Shown one piece after another: positions 52,733 through 64,000 of a DNA stretch of 64,000 bases; position 1 is the first letter of the stretch; each line of letters starts with the position of its first letter. The stretch spans positions 22,260,001-22,324,000 of the forward strand of contig NC_087436.1 of NCBI RefSeq assembly GCF_036321535.1, in the 5' to 3' direction. The notes under the pieces are model-generated. The model saw only the letters and a list, made by a program, of their open reading frames with translations, had not been told where the DNA came from and made no database searches. Source of the stretch: Camelus dromedarius. Taxonomy: Eukaryota. A program made the position numbers and the translations under genes.

Positions 52733-54329
52733 ACAGCATATTTGAATAGAATGCATTTCCCCCTAAACCTGAACATATTTTGTTTTAACTTTCTTTCCCT
52801 GATCTTCCCTTATCTAAACTCTTAACAGATATTCTATGTTTTGAATCACTTCTTTTTTGGAATCTGTAACTTCCTCATCCTTCCCTGGACTCCAAGTTCA
52901 AGCCCTGATCATTTCTTGTCTTGACCTCTATAACAGCCTCTTAATTGGTCTCCATGTCTCTAGTTTATTCCATCCCTGCCACGGTCCTGGCTCAAGCCAT
53001 CCCACCTACTGGGACCAGGTGCTGTACTACAGCACACAGCTAATCGCACCACTTCAGTGCTCATGAGTCCTCAGTGGTTACCCACCCAACATTTTTTACT
53101 GACAATACAAACATTTGCAACAGAGCCTCATCTCATTTTAAAACAATGTAGTTGAATTTCTTATCACAAAATATGTGTTTGTTAGAAAATCTCTAAAATA
53201 TATAGACAACAAAAAAGAAAGTGTCCTAACATTTAATTTTCCTGCCTTCATTTATTTCCTTGCTGCCCCATTATTACAACCAAAGCAGCCTGTGGGTCAT
53301 TCCCAAATGCATCTGACATTATCCTGTGTCCGTGTCTTTCCATGTTAGTTACATCCCCGCAACCACACCCAATTTCTAGCCATTAAAATTCTATTCAGCC
53401 TTCATTGTCCATCACAAAATTTTATTTCTCTAAGATGCCTTCACTGATCTTGGAATTCCTGTGGCAGAGATTACTGATAATATATGTAAAGCACTTTGAG
53501 TTATACCTTCAGGTTAGCCCTCCTTGGTGGATTTTTATTTTATATTCTGTCATTTTCATAGTTGTGTAACTGTTGATGTTTTTAATCATGCACTTGTTGT
53601 ATCCAAAAATGAAATCTAAGGTTCTTGAATCTACTTTATTCTCTTTCACTAGGATTTTCATAAGTCATCACTTCTGGGAGTTACTAACATAAATTATAGC
53701 ATCGTGCTGTTTGCAGGAGATGGAGGGAGTAAAGGGAGAACTGGGAAATAGAAATGGGAAAAGACTGAAGGATGGAGAAGGAGAGAGACCCTATCCTTCC
53801 AGAGAAGATGATGACCACTCCAGGGGCAAAAACTCTAAATTGGTTCTTTTGGAAGTTCCAATTCAAAGAGTGGGTGGAAGAAAATGTCTAACAGTATCAA
53901 TGCTGCGATTATGATGTCTGATGTTGCACTGGTCCATGCTCAGCTCCATCCATTTCAGATGCGACAAGGAAGACCAAAAGCAGGATTACATCTTTGAAAA
54001 ATGTTGACAGGATTCGTCTCAGTCACGGTTATCCCATAGAATGGTAAGGGCGGGAAGGGATTCAAAACCTGGGAGATCCAAGAGATTGTGCAAAAGAAGA
54101 TATAGCTGAACTCCCTCCTTAAGATTCAAGAGCTTTGGTCTCAGTGCTGAGCAGATGAAAATATTTCCATCTCCTTGCAGATGGATAAGCATCACTGCTT
54201 TTTGACAAGCTCAGCTCCCTGTGGGAAGCTGCTATAAAGCTGGATTTTCATTCCATAAAAGCTCTATAGGAAAATGGTTTTAGGATGCAACCAAAAGAGT
54301 GCATTGGTTGCTTTGCCATGTGTCTACAT

Positions 54330-55370
54330 GGAGACATTAAGATTTATTGAAACTTACTAGAGGAACAAGAGTGGTGCAGTCAAGGAAGCAGCTTCCATCG
54401 GTACCAAGTCAAGGTGATGGAGGATCACAATCAGGTTACAGTAGCGGAGACAGTGCAAAGTGATCTGACTGGTTGACAGATGGATGTGGGGTGTAAAGAA
54501 TGCAGAAGGATCATGGAGAACTGAGATGCCTGACATGAATGTAACATGAATGTCTGAGTGTGGATGAGTGTCATTTCCTGTGATGGGAAGGAAGGGAGGA
54601 GCTGATTTGGAATGGTGGGAGAGCAGGTGGACTCAAGTTCAGATGTGACCTCGAAACTGGAAGGGAAGTAAAACTTTGCCCTCTGAGGGTCTCTGGCTGG
54701 GCTTGAGAATTAAACTGCTGTAAGACAGATTAACGGGAGAAAGCGTACGCACTCTGTATGTACTCTTTTTTGGCAATCCCAAGAAAATGAAGACCCAAAG
54801 AAATGTCAAAGCCTCAATGCTTTCATACTAGGTTGAACAAAGAAAAGCAATTGTGGAAAATTAACTGAAATATATGCGCACACAGGGTGGGGGTGGGGAG
54901 CTAAAGGAAGACAGTCGCTTCATCTAGGTCTGTTGTATAGAACTCTCTCAGCATTGACTCCCATCTCTGGTGACAAGAATGTTTCTTTCCTCCTAGTAGA
55001 GGGAGGGCATCTTTCATGGGATTTTTATCTCCTGCTTCCAGGAAGGAAAGGGGAGGTCAGAGTATCTTTTCTGCCCCTGCTGCTTTTCAAGTGCCTTCAG
55101 CTCAAAATAATCCTTATGCCAATGTGACATACTTGGGGGTGGCATATTCTGCCCCCTTCATGACCTTAAAATGGCTGTTAGGCATCCAAGTGAAGATGCG
55201 ATATATGTCTGTAATTCAGGGAAGAGGTGTAAAGTAGAGAGAGAAATGTAAGATGCATCATCATACAATGATATTTAAGTTATGAGACTGGTTGAAATAC
55301 CTAGAGGCAGTATCTATGGTATAGGAAGGTGGAGTCTGCTGTCCTAAATCCTGAGGCACCTCAGCATTAG
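54330..55370 (-). mobile_element. L2 fragment hosting an LTR
   Basis: 'gatggatgtggggtgtaaag...' before and 'ctgttaggcatccaagtgaagatg' after the LTR. Confidence 0.65.
54658..55160 (-). mobile_element. ERV1 solo LTR, MER34/MER39-like
   Basis: Minus strand begins TGAAGGGGGCAGAATATGCCACCCCCAAG...GGCATAAGGATTATTTTGAGCTGAAGGCA. Confidence 0.8.
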
Positions 55371-57759
55371 AGAGGACAGACCTGGAACTTGGCAGCTGCA
55401 CGTCTGGTCAAGGTATTCCTTGTCTGCGCAAAAACAGAGATGTAGCAAGGGGAGGGATAAAGAGGGACTTTTTTTTAATACGTATTTACTGATTTTTTAT
55501 TGCTGAGAATGTGGTTCAGTGCCTTTACATAATCTCGCAGTAATCCTATTGGGTAGATGTTAACATTCTCTCTTTAAAAGGGAAGATGGAAACTTGACTG
55601 AATAGACATTAGGGAGCTGGGCTGTTTTCTTTCCTGTTAACACCTGTCCAAATGTGCATCTGTTCTCACTGATACCTGCTACTTCCCCAGGCTACTTTCA
55701 GAATAACCCAGGCATGTGTGGTCTTTTATTTCCATTTGAGAACTAAGAACAGCCCATGGGGTCAGGCTGCCTGCTCTGCCAAGTTCCCTGTCACACCAGG
55801 GAAGCTGGAAGGCGATGGGTTTAACCTCATTATTCTCTGCCTGGTGCTTATCGAGAATGGGATCAGAAGTCCTAGATTTTTGTTTGTTGGTTTCCTTTTC
55901 ACTGGAGTATAAAAGTGACTCCCAACTCCAGGAGGGTGACAAGCCAGAGCAATGAGACCGTGGTGGTTCTTTTTTTTTTTTACGTACTTTAGCAACAAAC
56001 ACACTTACAGAATGTTTCAGAGGCTAGTCTCGTTTCTTCTTTCTGACTCTTACTTTGAAGTGATGAAAATGAAGGCATCGTGCAGGAGCTTCTATACAAA
56101 GAAAAAATTGTTACATTGCATGGGAAATAGAAAATGAGTTGTAGGCATCTGTCTACATCTATGTACTTATTTCTTTGTAGAACGGCCCTGGCTGTCTGTC
56201 TACTAACTGAAGGATGTATAGTGTAATATGGTTTGACTTGTTTCCTTTTTACATCATTTCTTTAAGCAAGTTTCATTCCACATTTCAGTTCCTGTCTAGC
56301 CAGGTGGGGCGAAGGTCAATCTCTATCATTTTGAGCTGTCCTCTTGCGACAGGTCCTTTTTTGCACTGAAACATCTGGAAGGTTTGTCTGTATCAATCAT
56401 CAGCCACTGACGTGCTCGTTTCTTATCATTATGGTACCTTTAAGCACCTTCGTTTCATTGCATCCAAGCCAAGCTCAAGAGAAGAGCATCTTTGGCAAAG
56501 CTGAGCGAGGGCCATCCTCCCTGGATGCATCTCCCCGCTTCTGGTGGTCCTCCCTTCCCAGACACAGACACAGAACAATGCACAAGGTTCCACCCTCCTG
56601 GCACCAATGTTTGTCCCTTTGAATTCTCCACAGTCACTATGTTCTCTCTCCCTCTCCCCTCTTCTATCTCCCTCTCCCTCTCTTTTCTCTTTCAACCCTC
56701 AAAGATCTTTTTCCCCCTCAACGGACATCTCACATTTTCTCTGTCATAAGATTAAAGAACGCCAAATCTATTTAGTTCAGGCAGCTCTTGCTTTCAGCAC
56801 TGCTAAAATCCCTGGGGCACATGCTTTATGCTACAGCCTAAAATATAAGAGAGCCAAACACAATTCAATACCTCAGAAATTATTTTACCACTGTCCTACG
56901 TACATTTAAATATAGCAGTCACATTGCGTATTAGCCTCCTTTATCCAAACAAAATTAACCTTCAGCATTTCCTCCTAAGCTTTTTGTCTTCAGTCCTTTA
57001 ATCCTTTATGATATTTCTTTCTGGACCTCATCCAAATAGTCCCCTTTCTAAAATTTGGAGATCAACACTGGAATCAATTTTCTGGTAATGGTCTGATGGA
57101 TGCAATTATACTTCAAACTCATTCTCTCTTTTTCTTTCTCTTTTTTTCTTTTTAATTTTTTTTTTTTCTGAAACACTTTTATCTATCTTTTCTTGAGTTG
57201 TCTTTCTGGGATCTGCACTTTTTTTCTCTTCAAAGCAATGTTAAGTATTGTCTGAAAGTGTCACTACTTGGAGCCTGGCTGCTTCTGACAAGAAGGTAGG
57301 CCTATTTTCCAAATATTTTGTAAACTAAAAGAGTGGAATTGGAAGAAGAATGCAAGCCATCATACCAGGGAAAAATTAAATTCAAACAGTCAAATATGTC
57401 TGTTTATTTTTTAAATTCTGCAAATAGATGAGAATGAGTAAGAACCACTTTAGAGACCAAATACAATGTCAACATGCTTTGCAGTCTGATTTTTGCCACA
57501 CACCCCAATTCCTTCTTATTAAGCTGTCATCTGTTCTATTAGTAGAAAAAGTATGCTTCTCTAGAGTATGCAGCTATGTTTCAATAAAATCAAAGAATCG
57601 CAGGGAGATAGAGATGAAAGAAATTTTAGAGGTCCTTAATCTAATCTAGCAACTAGCAAGCAATCACACCTGCCAGTTTCTGAGAGGCAGCGGGAAATCC
57701 TTGCTTGAAGGATCCCAACCCTGAAGTGAAAAGAATGTATTTTTTCCATTTGAAAGACA

Positions 57760-57915
57760 GAGATAAAAATTCCCTATCTACTAGTTGAGCAAGTTTTGTA
57801 ATCCTTTTAAGCCTGTGGAGATAATAATATTGACCAGTTGGACTGTTTGTATGGAATGAATGAGATAATATCTATAAAGCAGCTGTCCCATGATAGGACC
57901 TGATACATAGGAGAT
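57760..57915 (+). mobile_element. MIR fragment
   Basis: 'tgtatggaatgaatgagataatatctataaagcag...cctgatacataggag'. Confidence 0.55.
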
Positions 57916-60371
57916 CGCTTCCTTTGCTTCATTGTTCATATGTCCATTGCTTTGCAGGATTGTCCAAACTTTAAACTCCTGAACCTTTGACTATCTGAAA
58001 TCAACCACTTAAGCATAAATGTTCCTCTTCTCGAAGCCAGTGGAATTGCTCTCATCCCCATTGTCTTCAGTCTTTTCTGAGTGACCGCTTTCCCAGTCAT
58101 CTTCCTGGCTACCATGCTCTATTGTCCCCGAGTTCACAGTAGCCCTCCCCTTACAATACCATGTCCAGAAATGCATGCAGTGTCCTGTGGGGAGGACTCC
58201 TGCCCCCCTTAGTGTGTGGTCTTGCTTAATACTGCTCTTTCTTTCATAGCAAACTTGTCCGTGATTATTGGAAATACTCTGTGACCTGGCCATTCCAAAC
58301 AGTGACATAGTCTTATGTCTTCTAAGTAATTTCCCCATTTAGGGGCTTTTCCAATGAATGTCACAAAGTATTTTGAATTAGGTTCTGAAATCCATTTCAA
58401 TGAAGAAAGCATTTTAAATGTGGCTGGTGTTTCAGTGGCCACAAAGGCAATCTTGCTTCGAGGCCAGTGGAAATTATCCCAACTTTGATATTCTTTCATT
58501 AAAATTTCCCCCATATTTAAGTGGTTTTTTCTTTATATTTTTAATTTTTTTTATTTTAAATTTAATTTTTGGAAAGTTTTGGTAGATAATTTGGCATCTA
58601 AGAGTATTTTGAGTCACCAGATTTCTAATTGGACTTTGATCTGAACTGAAAACAAAAAACCCTCTCCCCATATTTTACCAGGCTATCATATAAGCATGCT
58701 CTGAATCAGGGAAACTACATTCTTGGGATCCTTTTTTGCAACTTGCTGTTGTAGAAGCATGGGCAAAGCCTTTAAATTTATTTTCTCGTATATAAAAGGT
58801 GTAATTCAACTTGAAGACTTTTTAAAAGTCTCTTTACATCTGAGAATCTCCAATTCTATGGCTTCTGTCCCACAAGGCTCTTTTTGACACCAGACCCACA
58901 TTATATTCATTTTCACACAGATCTGCCAATTTAAAATCTGACACAATCTAACATTCTAGAGCCTGAAACACGATGCTCTATTAAGATCGATTTATCAAAT
59001 GACTGTAGAGTCGAATAAAGCTCTGTAAGATGTTGGCTCTAAAATCTTGACTCATAATTTCAAGATGGTATGCCTATAGCTCTGAGCTTGGATGTAATTA
59101 AAGGTGAAATGGTCTCATTTTAGTGTGGCAGGAAATCAACTTTCTGGTCAGAAGGAGAGATTCTTCAATTCAGTTTTAATTGGTGATTTTCCTTCGGGGG
59201 AGCTTGAGGAGCTGGAGTGGTTAAAGGGATAAAATACCAAGTAGCGACACTATTCACGAGCAATGGCCCAGCAGGGGGAGCTGGGAGGACTCTGACTTCC
59301 ATCTTTAGAGGTCTGAACGATTTGAGAGGAGACCTGTAGTGGGGGATTTGTGATCTAGGCTGCATCAGAAGTCGCTGGTAGAAAAGAAGGGGGGATAAGC
59401 AAATATCATCAAGTCACGCACGTTGGGTTTTATTTAAGGAAATGTCTCCTCTTGTAGGCAGTGATGTGTTTAAGACTGAGACATTTCCTTTTACTTGTTT
59501 CTATTTTAAGTGATTGCTTTGACAGTTCTTTGAAGAAAAAAAAATCATTTTCTGTGCTGCAGATTCAGTAACTGCCCTTAAACGTCTGATCATGTCACAT
59601 TTTCAGTGGCGACACCAATGTAATTCGCTTCCATGGTGATCTACCAGTTAGGGATGGTGAAAACTAATGACACGGGATTTTCAGGGTGCCGTGAGGGGCA
59701 GCCACTAATTAATTATTTGTCATAATCTCCCGGCGAGGAAATTGCTAATATTATTACTTAGCACATCCTTTGCATTTACACTTGCAGAGTGTTGAAAAAT
59801 TCATCGGTGGCCCTGAAGAAATAACCTTCAGTGCTGTTCTTAGCAGGATGCAAGAAAGCCACCCCAGCTTCGTGTGTGCACTTGGTGACACGGTCAGAGC
59901 CCCAGCTCCATGTGCTCTGGCAGCCTCGTCTGCTACACTGCTTTTAATTCCAGCTGAATAATAGCAGGGTTATGTCAAAGGCATTTTTAATTTATTATTC
60001 TAATCTCCAGAGACTGAAGTTAGTAAACAACAAATTAATTCAATTATAAAGCTGCCCCTCAAAAAAAAAAAAATCTTTTCATGTAGTACTTTTACTTGGA
60101 AGGCATATTCAACAAGCAGACTGGAAAATATTAAATGTGCTCTGGCAATTGTAGAAAAATGTCATTTGGTATGAATAAGTCCCCTGTATTTGGAGTAAGG
60201 ACTGTTACAAGGTCCTTGCAACATACTCGTCAACCAGTAGTCTGTTCCTCAGCCAGAGCCTGTCTGCAGGTGGCCTCCCTGGGAAAGGGAGAGTATTTCT
60301 ATAGTATTCTATTGATAGATGGTGGTTAACATTTAACCTAAATTTGTAATCAAAACATAACTCTTATATCA

Positions 60372-60484
60372 TGATAGATAGATAGGTAGGTAGGTAGGTA
60401 GATAGATGATAGATTGATAGATAGTTATGGTAGATGGGTGGGTAGATGGATGGATGGACAGATGGGTGAATAAATAGATAGATG

Positions 60485-60557
<73 letters not shown>
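60372..60557. repeat. Compound (GATA)n/(GGTA)n/(GGAT)n tetranucleotide array
   Basis: Directly visible; longest pure GATA run about 60485-60556. Confidence 0.97.
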
Positions 60558-60558
<1 letters not shown>

Positions 60559-62169
60559 GGAAGGAAGAAAAATGATATAGGAGACTATGTACTTACCCTT
60601 AACAAGGATCACTGGAAAGGAACCAAAGTTTTCACAGTTACTAAGCTTTGCTACAAACAACCTTCATCTTAATAGTGGACAAGAAGGATTATTAGTGACG
60701 ATATTAGAGAAATAATATTGGATGAGGATGCTTTTCTTAGTCACAGTCAAAGGTATCCATACTTTAAAATCTACTGCATATTTCCTACCTAGTGAGGAGT
60801 AGAAAGTGTAACGAGTAGCCAAGTTACTTGTACAACTGACAACAGGAACTACTTAACCCTCCCTTTTGCTCGGGAAACGATTTGTTTTCCAGAGAAGCTT
60901 CTACTTCACTTTGTCACTGGCTTCATAGTCCTCAGGTCTTAACTGAACAAGGAAACACTAGAGCACAAACCAGCGTGACTGAGCTGATGTTTTAAACTAA
61001 GACAGGTTGCTATTTGAAATAATTATGACTGCTGTTTGTCCACATGTGGCCACTGGATGTGTTCAACACCAGGTCAAAAATCTCTGTGTAGGAGGTTCTC
61101 AGAGGCTGCGACTGGTTGAAAGGGGACCATAGATTCTAAGCAGCTTGTTTAGAAGGTAACTTTGCAGGGCACTGTTCATAGACAGAAGAACAGCCCAGTT
61201 TTCTCCCTCAAAACCTGGTAGAGCTAACAGAGATCAGAAACGCCTCGACAACTGAATTTCTGAATTCTCTGAATACTGAAGAAATATGCCATAGAAAAGA
61301 ATTTTGATTTTTGACTTACATCAGCATGTTGTATTTCAGATGTGCTGTAGTTGGAGCTGCTCGTAAGTCCAATTACAAATGCCCATTTTTCATTTACAAA
61401 GAAAACACAAAACCTGGAAATTTAGAATCTTTTTATTTTTCACTGTGTCACTCTGCAAATATGGATTTCTTTTCAGATCGAGAGTCCATAGGAGATAGAT
61501 TTGGCCTCATCTCAGTAAGACGAGCAGGAGACAACATAACTTACGAGCCAAACTGACGGAAGGGTGCTGAGTCGGGTTTTGTTAAACTAATCTTATGGCT
61601 GGCAAGGATGACATGTCAGGTGTTTCATTCATTTTAAATACCAAGCCATTTCCATAAATCACTTTTATAACTTTAAATACATTATACAGGCACAGTAGTA
61701 ATAGATGGGGAGTTTAAATGTGCCAGACATGTCCATGTCCTTCACTACATACTGTGTTTCTCATTTCATTTTCCAAAGATGTCTTTATCAGGTTGTTTTT
61801 ATGGACTGATCCGTATTTTAGTTTCATTCGTGCGTCTTGCCTATTGGTGCTGTGATGCTTACTCAAGTCTTGCCGGTGCATATGCCTTCAACACACGAGA
61901 ACGGCATCATCGCGTCTCTTCCTTTTTGCTCTAAAAGCAAAAGGAATCTTTTTTTGCTACATTTGTCGATGTATCACAGTGAGGAAAAAAAAATACACAG
62001 GATGCATTTGGGGGTAGTTAGCATAAAAACTTCCTCAGAAACCTCTGTATTATAGAAGATAATGTGTTATATTTCAGGATATTTACAGTTGCATTTTTTT
62101 ACTGTGTGAATGCTATACTATTTTCTTTTCTCCCCTAACTCCCCACCCCCCTCCTTCCCTGTTTAACAG

Positions 62170-62344
62170 CAGACAAACCCAGGGAGCACTGAATGAATCT
62201 GATGATCCTGAAACAGGCTGTCTAAGTGATAACAAGCCAACTTCTCGACACTTCTATCCCGTCGCCTTGCTGCTTGTCAGCTCACACCTGCTAGTCGTGT
62301 GGCTTATTTTAAGTCTGGCATTACTTTTAGCCAAATACCAATAA
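62170..62344 (+). CDS. INPP4B: INPP4B alternative beta terminal exon with hydrophobic C-terminus: (S)[57 protein letters not shown]
   Basis: Branch-like CCCTAAC 62133-62139, pyrimidine tract and AACAG acceptor; phase 2 matches the catalytic exon (AG+C = Ser); open to TAA 62342-62344; agrees with my recollection of the rodent type II-beta tail. Confidence 0.9.
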
Positions 62345-63601
62345 GTTCTATGTTGTATTCCTTTCTTTTCTACAAATGACAATGGACCTAAAATCATGAG
62401 GACACTGCTGTAATTTCTACATTTTCAGATTCACAGAATTTAAAACACACACACCCACACACACAAATGTTTGACTTGTAAGTGTTTTGTTTGTTTTTCC
62501 TAAAATCTAAAAAAAATAGAAGTACTATGCATTCAGTGAAATTACTTTGCTCTTTTGTTCATGGAAAAGTGTTTCCCACTGTTTAACTCAAGAAGAATTT
62601 TTAAATTCCTGTCTTTGGAATAAGACAAAGAGCAGAATCCTGAAAGCTTGAAGTTCTGCACCTCCAGTTCCTCTTCCCATTAAATTTATCAAAGAAATTG
62701 ACTGAATTTGCACAACACATGGAAACCCTGAGACAAGTCCTAGAGATGTGCGAGGTTCCAGACTTGATTTCCGCTGTGCCGGTCTCATTGTTGCCGTCAG
62801 CTGATGGAACCTTCTGTTTGAGTTGTTAACCTGGTCTGTGATTTCTTTGCTGCGATTAACCCTTTTCTGTCAAGTAACTTTCTGGAGAGAATGGCTATTT
62901 CTGTTTTGTAATTAAATTAACCTGTTTGTAACTATTGTTTGGGTTGATTTGGCTTTCAGAGTCCTTTTCTATTCTTTCTGACAAAGTCTCGTTTGTGTCT
63001 TGATGCCCCGTTTTCAACCCCTGTGACTCGTGTACTGTCTGTGCACAAGCTCGCTTCTTTAAAGCTGAGACTTGGACCAGGCTGTCCCGAAAGCCATTTT
63101 CCTCTTTGTTGCACAGCTAAAATATGATGAAGTCAAATAGAGATGAAACTTTTCTTTAAAAAAATCTATAGGGCCAGACTTAATAAATTAAATGCCTTAT
63201 TCCTAGAACCTACATCCTTAGGGCTACATGTAGATTTTAATGTGTTTTAAAGAGATGGAGAAATTAATTTATGGAAAAGTTATAAAAAGGTGGATATATT
63301 TATGAAACTAAAAATGAAGCTGTATTGTGGAGCAAATTATATTTAAAGAGTTTATGAAACCTTAAATATATGTTAAGAGCCAAGGGACTCGAATCATCGT
63401 TTTTTCCGAGGGCAATAATGGTGTTGGGCCTGGCCTAGGATTTAATTTTGTAAGATGTATCATCATTTGTGAAAAAAAAAAATGTAGAGTTGAATCTTTG
63501 TTATTTTTACTCGGACTGTTGCTGCAACTCTGCATTGAACAAATAAAGCATATTTATTTATTCTGTGTTTCATGAAGTTGTCCTTTTTCCCCTTTCACCA
63601 G

Positions 63602-63734
63602 AGAAGGATGCCGCATAGAAAATGTCATGAAGAATATCAAATGCAGGAAGTATGCTTTCAACATGCTCCAGCTGATGGCTTTCCCCAAGTACTACAGACC
63701 TCCAGAGGGGACTTATGGAAAAGCCGACACCTAA
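63602..63734 (+). CDS. INPP4B: INPP4B alpha terminal coding exon: (R)[43 protein letters not shown]
   Basis: Pyrimidine tract and CACCAG acceptor ending 63601; AG+A = Arg; conserved [13 protein letters not shown] end; TAA 63732-63734. Confidence 0.98.
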
Positions 63735-64000
63735 GTTTACCAACACGTAAACTAACAGGAACACAAATACGTTCCCGTTGGATAATCGCCACCTTTCCTT
63801 ATGTTTTCATTGTCATGCATTTGTGGAGGGAGGTGATCAAAGATGTATGCCCAAATCTAGGAATTGCCTGAATTAGTCATCTATCAGCATATTACTCGGA
63901 AAGAAATCCATTAAACAAATCTGAAATACTACTGTGTATTCTAGTTCTAAGCTTCCTCGGATTGATTCTCGCTGGTTGAGATCAGCTCAGAAAGGGAGCA
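63735..64000 (+). other. INPP4B: INPP4B alpha 3' UTR (probably continues beyond the window)
   Basis: Follows the stop codon; only a variant ATTAAA (63910-63915) is seen. Confidence 0.8.

Larger units (their letters stand above)
1..64000 (+). other. INPP4B: 3' portion of the INPP4B transcription unit (last coding exons, introns, start of 3' UTR)
   Basis: Six AG-flanked exons join with consistent phases into the recognisable INPP4B C-terminal peptide; the 5' part of the gene lies outside the window. Confidence 0.97.

Noticed and set aside
1..64000. CRISPR array, operon or other prokaryote-type novel system
   Set aside because: The sequence is a spliced mammalian gene with typical interspersed repeats; no repeat-spacer arrays, long ORFs, rRNA or recognisable snRNA/snoRNA were seen.

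Overview
Mammalian genomic DNA, AT-rich and CpG-depleted; tRNA-Ala-derived Vic-1-like SINEs point to a camelid. The window holds the 3' part of INPP4B (inositol polyphosphate 4-phosphatase type II) on the + strand. Four internal exons (1381-1521, 4943-5040, 23702-23814, 27420-27574, the last with the catalytic CKSAKDRT C(X)5R motif) splice in frame to either of two terminal exons: the hydrophilic alpha exon (63602-63734) or a hydrophobic beta exon (62170-62344) that the ORF track misses. The rest is intron containing L1, L2, CR1/L3, MIR, MaLR/ERV1 LTRs, DNA-transposon relics and microsatellites. Essentially all listed ORFs are spurious. I see no wholly new biological system. The best leads are the splice/poly(A) architecture selecting the INPP4B C-terminus and an apparent L1-mediated retrocopy of an LTR-containing transcript end at 6849-7174. 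Gene and repeat family names come from recalled sequences, not a search, and repeat boundaries are approximate unless a TSD is given.
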